Source: a virus (lineage: Duplodnaviria > Caudoviricetes). Taken from it: a stretch of 61,316 nt of DNA. The notes beneath the pieces are model-generated. The model was not told the origin of the DNA, did no database searches, and worked only from the letters and a program-made list of their open reading frames with translations. The position numbers were made by a program, and so were the translations under genes. The number at the start of each line of letters is the position of its first letter. Within the stretch, counting starts at the first letter, position 1. The stretch spans positions 1 to 61,316 of the IMG/VR virus record IMGVR_UViG_3300042465_001021; one strand, given 5' to 3'. Below are positions 1 to 9,500 of this stretch, piece after piece.

Positions 1-230
1 GAGTCAATCTGCCGGACTCGGCTACCAAGATTGTCATTGACGGCCCCAACAACGAGATCGTGGCCGCTTGGAATTTTATGTTGGTATTGGAAGCCAATGA
101 CTATTTTGAGTTGGCTTGGGAGGCTGCTGACACTAACGTAGTCATCCCTTACGTAGCGGCAAGTGGCAATATTCCAGCCATCCCATCGATCATCCTGACT
201 GTCAACTGGGTATCGAATTACGAGGCCTAG
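1..230 (+). CDS. partial (5'-truncated) tail/virion protein, beta-rich C-terminal domain
   Basis: Open frame from nt 3 reading VNLPDSATKIVIDG...AAWNFMLVLEANDYFELAW...PAIPSIILTVNWVSNYEA* to TAG at 228-230; same orientation as the tail genes at the window end. Confidence 0.6.
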   Translation, partial: VNLPDSATKIVIDGPNNEIVAAWNFMLVLEANDYFELAWEAADTNVVIPYVAASGNIPAIPSIILTVNWVSNYEA

Positions 231-270
231 CAGTGATACTATTCGTAAAACTTGACCCCGTGGGGGAAGT

Positions 271-2040
271 ATGAATGTGAATTATCCTTCAGGCGGCATC
301 GCCTCCCTTCTCTCTTCCCAAGGTCGGAACGGGGACTCGATGCTTATCCACATGGCTCCCGAGGAAGTCCAAGGGTTGCAGAGCCTTGCTATGGCGGCTG
401 GTGGTAGCCTATCTATCAATCCCGAAACGGGACTATACGAAGCATCCTTCCTCAAGAAGTTGCTCCCGACGCTGCTCGGTATCGGCTTGTCATTTATTCC
501 CGGTGTTGGCCCCCTTGCGGCGGCTGGCCTTGTCGGTGCTGGCGAGACTATCCGTACGGGTGATCTTGGCAAGGGCTTGATGGCGGGTCTTGGCGCGTAC
601 GGCGGCGCGGGTCTGGCTGGCGGTCTTGCGGGTGCAGGCACTCTGGCTAAAGCCGGTGCGGACAAAATTGCATTGCAACAGACTTTGGGCGGTGAGGGTG
701 CCAAGGCTGCACTTACCGGCGCTGCGAAGCAGGCAGCAGAACAAGGAGTCAAGACCTACGGCTCCAACATTCTGGGCGGTGTTAAGGCACTTGGCGATGC
801 TGGCATCGGCGCTGCGGCGAAGGGTCTGGGGTCAACTCTCGGCACTACTGGCGTGGCTGGCCTTGGCATGGGTGTGGCTAACGCCATGACTCCTGAGTAC
901 AAACCGCCGAAGGGTTCGGATGAAGAGAACCTGTATTACATTTCTCAGGGATATGACCCGGAGAAGGGCTTCCTTGGCGGTGAGTACGTTAAGAAGTACC
1001 CCGGTCTGCCGGGTTATGCCGAGGGTGGCGATGTTGCTCCGCAGCCACAACAAGACCTAAAGAGCTACTATCAGAGCCTCTTGGCTCCCCCGCAGGCACC
1101 TCAACAGAACGCGGCGCTTCAGCAGTACATGACTGACCTGAACAAGTTTGTCGCTACGTCTGGGCCTAACGCGCCTAAGACTTCTCCGACTTACGTGGCT
1201 CCTCCGCCACCTCCTCCCAAGGATGAACCGAAGAAGGATGAGCCAAAGAAGGATGAACCCAAGAAGGACGAACCTAAGAGAGACGGTCCAAAACCCGGCT
1301 GGGATCAAGATATCGACTGGGACATGCTCAATCAGTTCAACATTAATAGAGAAGATGTTGAGAATGCGTTGCGTAATTACAACGGCGGCAATGCAGGCAT
1401 GGGTGCTAACCAGAACCAGAACTTCAACACCACTCGCATGGGCGGTGTAGCGAATCCGTTTGTTGAAGGGTACACGCCGGACTTTAACAATCTCGACTAC
1501 ACGCAGTTGCCGGGATACGGTGGTAACGCTGGGATGGATATTGGCGCACAGAGCGGTATCGGTGATATGCCGACCGGTAACCTGACCGATATCAATCAGT
1601 TTGCTGACCCAATGTACGACAACCCGTATCTGAGCATGACCGGTGGTATGGGCGGTATGGGCAACATGTCTAAATCAGGCATGGAAGACTACGGTATGCA
1701 GAACTACATGGAGAACTTTGGCGAGTTCAATAACATGTATTCTGGCGGCGGCTCGTTGGGTGGATACTCTGACGGCGGTCGTATGCTGCGTGGTCCGGGC
1801 GATGGCATGTCAGACAACATCCCTGCCGAGATTCGTGGCCGTAAAGGTCGTCAACCGGCTCGGTTAGCTGACGGCGAATTCGTCGTTCCTGCTGATGTTG
1901 TCTCGCACCTTGGCAACGGTTCGTCCGAAGCCGGTTCGCGCAAACTTTACAAAATGATGGATAATATTCGTAGGGCACGCACTGGGCGCACCAAACAAGC
2001 CCCGGCTGTTAAAGCAGAGCGATATCTCCCGAGGAAATAA
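271..2040 (+). CDS. internal virion/ejection protein with GPGDGxSD...GEFV C-terminal domain
   Basis: 589 aa; N-terminal GRNGDSMLIHM...INPETGL, Gly/Ala-rich hydrophobic segments, KDEPK repeats, C-terminal GPGDGMSDNIPA...LADGEFVVPADVV. Confidence 0.7.
   Translation: MNVNYPSGGIASLLSSQGRNGDSMLIHMAPEEVQGLQSLAMAAGGSLSINPETGLYEASFLKKLLPTLLGIGLSFIPGVGPLAAAGLVGAGETIRTGDLGKGLMAGLGAYGGAGLAGGLAGAGTLAKAGADKIALQQTLGGEGAKAALTGAAKQAAEQGVKTYGSNILGGVKALGDAGIGAAAKGLGSTLGTTGVAGLGMGVANAMTPEYKPPKGSDEENLYYISQGYDPEKGFLGGEYVKKYPGLPGYAEGGDVAPQPQQDLKSYYQSLLAPPQAPQQNAALQQYMTDLNKFVATSGPNAPKTSPTYVAPPPPPPKDEPKKDEPKKDEPKKDEPKRDGPKPGWDQDIDWDMLNQFNINREDVENALRNYNGGNAGMGANQNQNFNTTRMGGVANPFVEGYTPDFNNLDYTQLPGYGGNAGMDIGAQSGIGDMPTGNLTDINQFADPMYDNPYLSMTGGMGGMGNMSKSGMEDYGMQNYMENFGEFNNMYSGGGSLGGYSDGGRMLRGPGDGMSDNIPAEIRGRKGRQPARLADGEFVVPADVVSHLGNGSSEAGSRKLYKMMDNIRRARTGRTKQAPAVKAERYLPRK
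1219..1278 (+). repeat. 15-bp tandem repeat encoding (KDEPK)x4 linker
   Basis: AAGGATGAACCGAAG-like unit four times in frame after a poly-Pro run. Confidence 0.85.
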
Positions 2041-2042
2041 TC

Positions 2043-2879
2043 ATGAGTTCAGGCGGCGGCGCACCACTTACTGCTACACCAATCTATTCAACCGGCGCGA
2101 CCGGTGGCGGCAATCAAGTCAAAATCGACTCTCCTGCCTCGCAGCAGAACGGTTACGGCAGCGCACCTGCGCCGGGTGGAAAGGGGGGTTTTCCTTCCGC
2201 CCAAAATCCGTATCAACAGCAGCCGTCTGTTTATATGCCGCCTTCGCAGCCGTCGTTCTATCAGCAGGCGTTTACGCAGCCTCGCATGGAGTACGGGCTT
2301 GGTGGTATGCGTGGCGGCAATGCTTACGCTCGTCCGTATTCGCCGGGTTCGCCTATTGAGAGAGCACCGCCCGTAGATGAAATGCGGTATGTGTCTGGAC
2401 CTACTCCAATTCAGCAAAGGGTCATGCCTGATACGCCTCCTATGGCTCGCCCCGCTGTAATGCCGCGTAGAGAGTATCCGGTTGGTCCTATGCCGGATAT
2501 GCGAATAGGTGATATGGGAATGAGTGATATGCAGTTTCGGACGCCTAGTGAGTATCCTACTCGCGCTCCGCCCGTGAATTACTCTGATATGCGGATTGAT
2601 TCTTTCGGTCCACCCGTCGAAGCCACAAGAGCAGTCATGCCAGAACCCAATTACAGCGGTGGGCTTGGTAGTTTGATGGGTGGGATGAGTGGTTCCGTGC
2701 CTTATCCGTCGTCGCCATCTCCTAGTGGTTTTGGTCCACTACAACAGCAAAATCCTCAACTTCTTGCACAAATGGAAATGGCGAAAACGGCTGAAGCTCA
2801 AAGAGCGGCTCAACTGCAACAGATGAAACAAAATCCGTCTTCTTCGTATTCGTGGAATAACGGTCTCTGGAACGCTTGA
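2043..2879 (+). CDS. Pro/Met/Gln-rich low-complexity hypothetical virion protein
   Basis: 278-aa ORF tightly packed between neighbours; composition suggests disorder. Confidence 0.6.
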   Translation: MSSGGGAPLTATPIYSTGATGGGNQVKIDSPASQQNGYGSAPAPGGKGGFPSAQNPYQQQPSVYMPPSQPSFYQQAFTQPRMEYGLGGMRGGNAYARPYSPGSPIERAPPVDEMRYVSGPTPIQQRVMPDTPPMARPAVMPRREYPVGPMPDMRIGDMGMSDMQFRTPSEYPTRAPPVNYSDMRIDSFGPPVEATRAVMPEPNYSGGLGSLMGGMSGSVPYPSSPSPSGFGPLQQQNPQLLAQMEMAKTAEAQRAAQLQQMKQNPSSSYSWNNGLWNA

Positions 2880-3322
2880 TGAATCTCGACATCTCTTTAA
2901 TCCCATACGGTCAGATCAGTTACATGGTCGCGCCGTTGCTTCGATTCCTTCAGGAGTCTGAGAGTTGGACGAAGGGTCGTTCCAGCGTGGATGATATTGT
3001 CCGTTTTGTATTGACCGGGCAGATGCAGTTGTGGGTCGTGTTTGACCCTGACACTCAAGAAATTCACGGCTATGTGATTACGGAAATCAAACAGTATCCG
3101 CAGAGCAAGATGTTCGTCATCCAATACTGCGCGATGAATCCGAATCACATGAGATACGTGGAAGATTCCATGCACGAGAAGGCTGACCGGTTTGCCCGTG
3201 ATGCTGGCTGTGCAGGAATCGAGTTCTTTGGTCGCCCCGGCTGGGAGCCACATGTCAAAAAGCGTGGCTATGCGGTTAAGACCGTCGTGTTCGAAAAATT
3301 TTTTGACGAGGGTTCACTATGA
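2879..3322 (+). CDS. GNAT-fold acetyltransferase-like protein in ejection module
   Basis: QLWVVF...GYVITEIKQYP...FARDAGCAGIEFFGRPGW; typical position before ejection proteins. Confidence 0.6.
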   Translation: MNLDISLIPYGQISYMVAPLLRFLQESESWTKGRSSVDDIVRFVLTGQMQLWVVFDPDTQEIHGYVITEIKQYPQSKMFVIQYCAMNPNHMRYVEDSMHEKADRFARDAGCAGIEFFGRPGWEPHVKKRGYAVKTVVFEKFFDEGSL

Positions 3323-5019
3323 GCAGTGGTGGCGGCGGTAGTTCAGCACCTACCCAACAAACAATTACCCAAACCACGATACCGGATTGGGCGAAACCGT
3401 ATGCCACCCGTGTACTCGGTGAGGCAGAGAAGCTTACTTATGGCCAACCGTACCAAGAGTACGGCGGTCAGCGCATGGCGGGACTCAACCCGCTTCAGCA
3501 GCAAGCCTATCAAAACATCGGTGGAATGGGTCCAGCCAGTCAGATTGGTCAGGCTACAGGGTTTGCAGGACTTGCCGGGTTGCAGGCACAGCAGTTGGCC
3601 GGGTCGTACCAGCCGATGCAGGAGCGTCAGTTCTATCAGCCGATGGACTTGTCGTACACCACGACGCAGGCTCCGCAGTTGCAGCAGTTCCAGATGGCGC
3701 AGCCGCAGCAAGTTCAGGGTACAGGCTACGGTGAGTTGTCGATGCGTGGACCGGGGGCAGTCAGTGCTCCTGATTTGCAACAGTTTCAGATGGGCGGCCC
3801 GGAGCGAGTCGGCATTGGTGGGCTAGAACAGTACCAAATGGGTCCTGCGGAGCGGGTTCAGGCTGACAAGTTTGGCATTGGTCAGGCTCGTGAATACATG
3901 TCTCCCTACATGCAGGATGTGGTGGAGCAGCAGAAACAAGCCGCTGTCCAAGACTATGCTCGTCAGTTGCCCGGTATGGGTGCTGCGGCTGCTCGTGCGG
4001 GTGCTAAAGGTGGTACTCGTGAAGCGTTGCTTCAAGCTGAAGCCCGTCGTGGGTTGCAGGATCGCCTTGGAGATATCGAAGCCACAGGTCGTCAGCAAGC
4101 CTTCCAACAGGCACAGCAGCAGTTCGGTGCAGATCGTGCGGCTCTTATGCAGGCTCAGCAGCTTAATCAGGCTGCGGGTCTTACCACGGGTCAGCAGAAT
4201 CTGGCGGCTCGACTCGGCGTTCAGCAGTTAGGCACTCAAGCGGGTCTTCAGGCTGCGTTGGCTAACCAGCAAGCGGGACTTACTACGGGTCAACAGAACT
4301 TGGCTGCTCAGTTGCAGACTCAGGGTCTTGGCGCACAACAAGCGATGCAGGCTGCCCTCGCTAATCAGCAGATGGGCTTCAACGTCGGTCAGCAGAATCT
4401 CGCTGCGGAACAGGCTCGTCGTCAGTTCATCGCTCAGCAGGGTATGCAGTCGCAGCTTGCCAATCAGCAGGCAGGACTTACTTCAGGTCAGGCGAATCTC
4501 CAAGCGTTGCTTGGTACGCAGCAGTTGGGTGCCCAGACAGGCTTGCAATCTCAGCAGCTTAATCAGGCCGCACAACTTCAGGCTCAGCAGCAGGCTCTTG
4601 GTCAGCGTGGCCAGATGGCGCAGTTTGGCTTGCAAGGAGCGCAGCTTGCGGATCAGTCTCGCCAGTTCGGTGCGAACCTTGGCTTGCAGGGTATTCAGCA
4701 ACAGTTGGCTGCGGCAGGTGCTCTTGGTCAGTTGGGTCAGACTCAGTTTGGCCAGCAGCAGGCAGTCAATCAGGCGCAGATGGGTGCGGGTGCTCAACTT
4801 CAGGCTCTGGAGCAACAGCGTCTGGAGCAGCAGTACCAAGACTTTATGGCTCGTCAGCGTTACCCGTACGCACAGCTTGGCTTCATGTCGGATATCCTGC
4901 GTGGTACCCCGGCACAGGGCGCGATATCATCGCTATACCAAGCCCCGCCAAGCGCGATGGGTCAGTTGATCGGTGCTGGCACCGGCCTCGCCGGTATTTA
5001 TGGCGCAATGAAGGGTTAA
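3319..5019 (+). CDS. Gln-rich internal virion/DNA pilot-like ejection protein
   Basis: 566 aa; MSSGGGG start, IPDWAKPY, YMSPY motif, about 31-aa Gln/Ala/Gly repeats, hydrophobic Gly-rich C-terminus. Confidence 0.7.
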   Translation: MSSGGGGSSAPTQQTITQTTIPDWAKPYATRVLGEAEKLTYGQPYQEYGGQRMAGLNPLQQQAYQNIGGMGPASQIGQATGFAGLAGLQAQQLAGSYQPMQERQFYQPMDLSYTTTQAPQLQQFQMAQPQQVQGTGYGELSMRGPGAVSAPDLQQFQMGGPERVGIGGLEQYQMGPAERVQADKFGIGQAREYMSPYMQDVVEQQKQAAVQDYARQLPGMGAAAARAGAKGGTREALLQAEARRGLQDRLGDIEATGRQQAFQQAQQQFGADRAALMQAQQLNQAAGLTTGQQNLAARLGVQQLGTQAGLQAALANQQAGLTTGQQNLAAQLQTQGLGAQQAMQAALANQQMGFNVGQQNLAAEQARRQFIAQQGMQSQLANQQAGLTSGQANLQALLGTQQLGAQTGLQSQQLNQAAQLQAQQQALGQRGQMAQFGLQGAQLADQSRQFGANLGLQGIQQQLAAAGALGQLGQTQFGQQQAVNQAQMGAGAQLQALEQQRLEQQYQDFMARQRYPYAQLGFMSDILRGTPAQGAISSLYQAPPSAMGQLIGAGTGLAGIYGAMKG

Positions 5020-5025
5020 GCCATC

Positions 5026-6561
5026 ATGGATATTTCAGGTCTGAATGCACTCGATCCTCGTGTTGCAGCCACGGAAAAGTTCATCTCGGAGAAGAAGATC
5101 CCTCCCGAGCAGGTGCCGCAGTTCCTGATGTCGATGGGGGCAGATCCCCGCCTTGCTGGTCTGGTCATGAAGTATCAGCGCCTCAAGAGCGCAGGTCAGC
5201 AAGGGGGCAACGCTCAGCCTCCGCAGTCCACGGTGGCCCAAGATATCGATGCTCAGTCCCGTCAAGGTATTGCTGCGCCTATGGCTCCGCCGCCGAATCG
5301 TGAGCAGGGTATTGCCAATCTACCGGCTCCTGTCATGGAGCGTGCTCAGTTTGCAGAGGGCGGCATCGTTGCGTTCCAAGAGGGCGGCACTCCGATTGAG
5401 GCTGCTAAGAAACAACTTCTTGAACTTATCAGCGAAGCAGAACAATCAGGCGACTTTAACAAAGCTACGATTCTGCGCGGCCAACTTCGACGCATGGTGA
5501 CAGGTAACGAGCAAAGCATGGCTCCTCCTGAACCACGAGATATTGGCGCGATGATGCGAGCCAGTGTAGAAAAAAGCCGTCCGCATCTTGGTAAATCTGC
5601 GCCTGCTCCGGACACAGTTCCCGCTGCCGCTGCTGCTTCAGTAAACCCGGCTGCCGCTGCCGCTGCATCAAAGGGACCGCCAAAAAGAGGTGGGCCAAGA
5701 ACCCCCGCAGAGGATAGAAATTTTATTTCATTAGCTGGAATGTTTGGAGATCAGCAAGGCGCTCGTATGCCCGGTGCTGGTATGAGTCTCGCCACGGCCA
5801 ACGAGGGCGTTAAGTTGCTTGAGCAGCAAGTCAAAGAACTTCGTGACGCTAAGCCTGAAGATCGTGAGGCTCGTTACCGTGCCGCTGGCATTGAGGACAT
5901 GACTCCGACTCAGTTGAAGAAGATTCAAGAGCGAATTGATGGTCTATCTGGCGACAAGAAGCGCGATGCTTACCTTGCTCTGGCGCAGGCTGGATTCAAG
6001 ATGGCTGCTGCTGCGTCTCGTCCGGGCGCTACTTTCTTGGGTGCTTTGGCTGAAGGCGCTGGTGAAGGCGGCAAGATGCTGGGCGATATCAACAAGGAAT
6101 ATCGTGCCCTTCAGAATGATCTGGAAGATAAAGTCATGTCCTTGCAGCGTTATCAGCAGCAGCGTCGTGAAGGTCAGATCGACCGTGACATCGACTTTGA
6201 ACGTGAAACTAGAAAAGAAATTCGCGGCATAGAAAGTAAGATTGCCGACACCAAGACGGAAGCCGAACGGTTTGGTGTTACTACGCAGCTACAACGTGAG
6301 CAGATTGCTGCCAGCAGTGATCGTGGCGGCAGAGTTGAGGAAGACCTCAAGAAGAGGATTGTATTTGCCAAAACGAAAAAAGAACGCGATGCAGCTATGA
6401 AACTTCTGGCTGACATACGTGGTATCGATGTGCGTATACTGGAAGCGGAACTAGAGGCAAAATACAAAGCCCAATCTGAAGCTGCTAAAAACCCGTTTGG
6501 TATGTTTGGCGGTGCAGCACAAGGCGACGAAGGACGCTGGGGCAATTTGGAAATTAAGTAA
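5026..6561 (+). CDS. internal virion/ejection protein (coiled-coil)
   Basis: 511 aa; FAEGGIVAFQEGG motif, amphipathic ALAQAGFKMAAA...FLGALAEG segment, coiled-coil C-terminus. Confidence 0.65.
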   Translation: MDISGLNALDPRVAATEKFISEKKIPPEQVPQFLMSMGADPRLAGLVMKYQRLKSAGQQGGNAQPPQSTVAQDIDAQSRQGIAAPMAPPPNREQGIANLPAPVMERAQFAEGGIVAFQEGGTPIEAAKKQLLELISEAEQSGDFNKATILRGQLRRMVTGNEQSMAPPEPRDIGAMMRASVEKSRPHLGKSAPAPDTVPAAAAASVNPAAAAAASKGPPKRGGPRTPAEDRNFISLAGMFGDQQGARMPGAGMSLATANEGVKLLEQQVKELRDAKPEDREARYRAAGIEDMTPTQLKKIQERIDGLSGDKKRDAYLALAQAGFKMAAAASRPGATFLGALAEGAGEGGKMLGDINKEYRALQNDLEDKVMSLQRYQQQRREGQIDRDIDFERETRKEIRGIESKIADTKTEAERFGVTTQLQREQIAASSDRGGRVEEDLKKRIVFAKTKKERDAAMKLLADIRGIDVRILEAELEAKYKAQSEAAKNPFGMFGGAAQGDEGRWGNLEIK

Positions 6562-6563
6562 AA

Positions 6564-9500
6564 ATGCCTACTTACCAGATTACTGGACCAGACGGTAGAA
6601 CTTACAGTATCGATGGTCCGGCAGGGGCTACTCGTGAGCAAGTTATTGCTGCTATTCGTAGACAACTTGCTCTTCGGCAGGGAGTAGGCGGCAAACAGCA
6701 GGCTGGCTTTGTCGAGTCCGTGAAGGAATCCGCTGCCACTCTTGGTGCTGCGCCTGCTGCGGCTAGATTTGCTGCGGCCAAAACTCCTGAAGAAAAGGCT
6801 GCGGCTCGTAAAGAACTGCTTGAAGTGGCTGGTGGAGACGAACTCGCCAAGACTTCATTTGCTGACATCCAAGACCTTCCGTCTGCGATTGACTGGGCTA
6901 AGCAAGTTGCTGGCTCTTCTGTCGGTGCGTTGGTTGCGCCGGGTGCCGCTGCGTTGGCCACGGGTCCGGTCGGTGGCGTTGCCACACTTGGTACGCAGTA
7001 CACAACTTCGAATCTTATTCGGCAGGCAGAGGAGCAAGAACGTGCTCTGGCCGAGGGTCGTCAGGCTGAAGAAACTTCTGTTGGCAAGGCTGTCGCCGCT
7101 GCCGGTGCATCAACTGCACTCGACGTTGTTGGGTTTAAGTTCTTCCAGCCACTGTTCAAATCCTTCCCGTTAGTTGGAAAACTATTTGGAGAGGGCGGTG
7201 AGAAAGCGGCCAAGGAAGCTGAAGGCAGACTTGCTGAAGCCATACAGAACAAGACTCTTACCTTCAAGGGCGGCATTGCTCGTGGCATAGCCAAGGGTGT
7301 TGCGTTTGAGGTTCCGCAAGAAATCGCGCAGACCGCTGTTGAGCGTTGGCAGGCTGGCCTGTCTCTGACCGATGCTGAAGCCAAGTCTGAATACATCGAA
7401 GCCGGTGCTGGTGCCGTACTGCTTGGCGGTGGCCTTGGTGGTGCTTCAGGTTTTGTTAGCACTCGTGATCAAAAGCGTCGTGCAGAAGAAGCCATCCGCG
7501 AGAAACGTTTTGCTGAAGAGAAGGCAAAGAAAGAAGCCGCTGAGAAACTTGCTGCCGAGAAGGGCGAGGAAACCCCGGCTGAAAAACTTGAGAAGGAACT
7601 GCGCCCTGCCGCAGCCGTCTCTGATGAACTGTTAATGAATGCTGAACGCGCCATCCGTGAGGTAGGCGACGAAGTTAAAGTCAGCGATCACGTAAACAAA
7701 CTCGTTGAGGATCTGGGCGTGTCCGTCAAGGAAGCCAAGGTCTTGATGAAGAAACTACGTGAGAATAAAGTTGTTTCGTCGAAAGACGGCAAGTTCAAAG
7801 TCAATCCGCCTGAAGTAGACGTTCTTCCTTACGTCGGTAAAGAAGGCGAGACTGATCTTGTCGAGACCACAGAACCTACGGTTACTCAAGTTGCAGCGGC
7901 GCAGGCACAACAAGCCCAAGCAGCCGATGCTGCTGCCGCCCCTCAAGTCACTGCTCCTAGCACCGTTGAAACAACGGCTGCGACCCCCACTACTACTCCT
8001 ACCGAAGGAGAAATCGCAGATGAATCTGTTGCAGGAATCAGTACTGAGCCGGTTGACACTGGAGCAGTTACAGGAGGCGCTGGTGTGCCTCCATCAGGAC
8101 TCACTACCGCAGGACCCGACCTTACAGACACTGAACGTGCAGGACTGGGGGGTGCTCCACTTCCTCCTGATGAGTCTGTTGCAGGAGAAGAAGCAGGCCA
8201 GCCTCCACTAAAGAAAGAAACACGCAAGACTAGATTAGCTGCTGTCAAGGCGGAGGTTGCTGAGCGCAAAGAGCAGCGTCGTGTACAACTGAATGAAGTC
8301 ACGGCCAATCTGAACAATCTTCGCACCATGCTGCCTGAACAGGTTGACGAAGATACCGTTACTGACCTACTTAATTTAACGACTAAATTAGAGCGTACAT
8401 ATGAGGCGCTTGACAAACTACCAGCAAACAAAACTAAAAATTACCTAAAGAAAGAAGCTAATCTTGACGCTAAAATAGTTTCTTTACGGAACAAACTTAA
8501 CTTTCTTTCTACGCTGACTGAACAGCAAACTCAGCCGTTCAAGAGCAAAGAAGAAATTGATGCGGAGTTGGAAGGCACAGAAGCCGAGGCTCAGCGCCGC
8601 GCTGCCCGTGAAGATGCGGGTGGCTTGACTGCGGAAGAAAAAGTACAGCCTGTTACTGCACAGTTTGAATCCGCACTGCGTAAAGGTATCAATAACGTAA
8701 TTGACTTCTTGGGTGTATCCGCTGCCGAAGGTGCGCGTGAGCTTCAGGCTCAGCCGGGACAAGAAGTACTTAGAACGCAAAGGGCTGCACCGGAGCAGGC
8801 GGAAGACCAACTTCAGGAAGAAATTGCTGATGAGATAGTTAGCAGGAAGCAAGCTGAAGCCAAGGGTAAGCCGACCATCGGCATGGGGCGCGTAGATAAG
8901 GATGAAAAGCGTCGTGCCAATATCGCTGCCTATGAAGTGCTGTCGGGCCTGACGGAGACACTTGGTCGTATCAGCTTTGCAGATTCTGCCGTACAGATCG
9001 AAGGCGATAACAACGCGGACCCGAACGTATTTACCCGTCTTCGCCAAGAAAACAAACTGGCGGAGTATGACCCGCAGACCAACACGTTCTACTTTACCCG
9101 TGACGGACTTTCCAAAAAGATTGTTCTACACGAGGCAGTACACGCAGCCACCGTCAAAGTACTTCGTGCATACGAGACGCAGCCTGACAGCCTGACTGAA
9201 ACGCAGCGAGATGCTGCGGATCAGATGATAAAGATCTTTACCGAGGCCAAGAAGCGTCTTGGCGGTCGCTATCGCAACGACTTTGAAAACGTCTACGAGT
9301 TCGTTAGCGGCGTGGCTACGAACAAAGATCTGCAACGCGAACTGTCCAAGATCTCGCGGCCTAACCTTGGCAAGTACACCAAGCGGGTAACTAGTCTGTG
9401 GAACCAATTCACAGAAGCCCTTGCTCGGATGTTCGGTATTGACTCGCGCAAAGGCACGAAAGCGCGGATGCTGGATGAAACTGCCCAAGTCCCCGGCATG

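Noticed and set aside
231-270. Possible late promoter (AGTGATACTAT) and CCCC-GTG-GGGG hairpin over the RBS
   Set aside because: Only a -10-like match and a 4-bp stem; too weak to call
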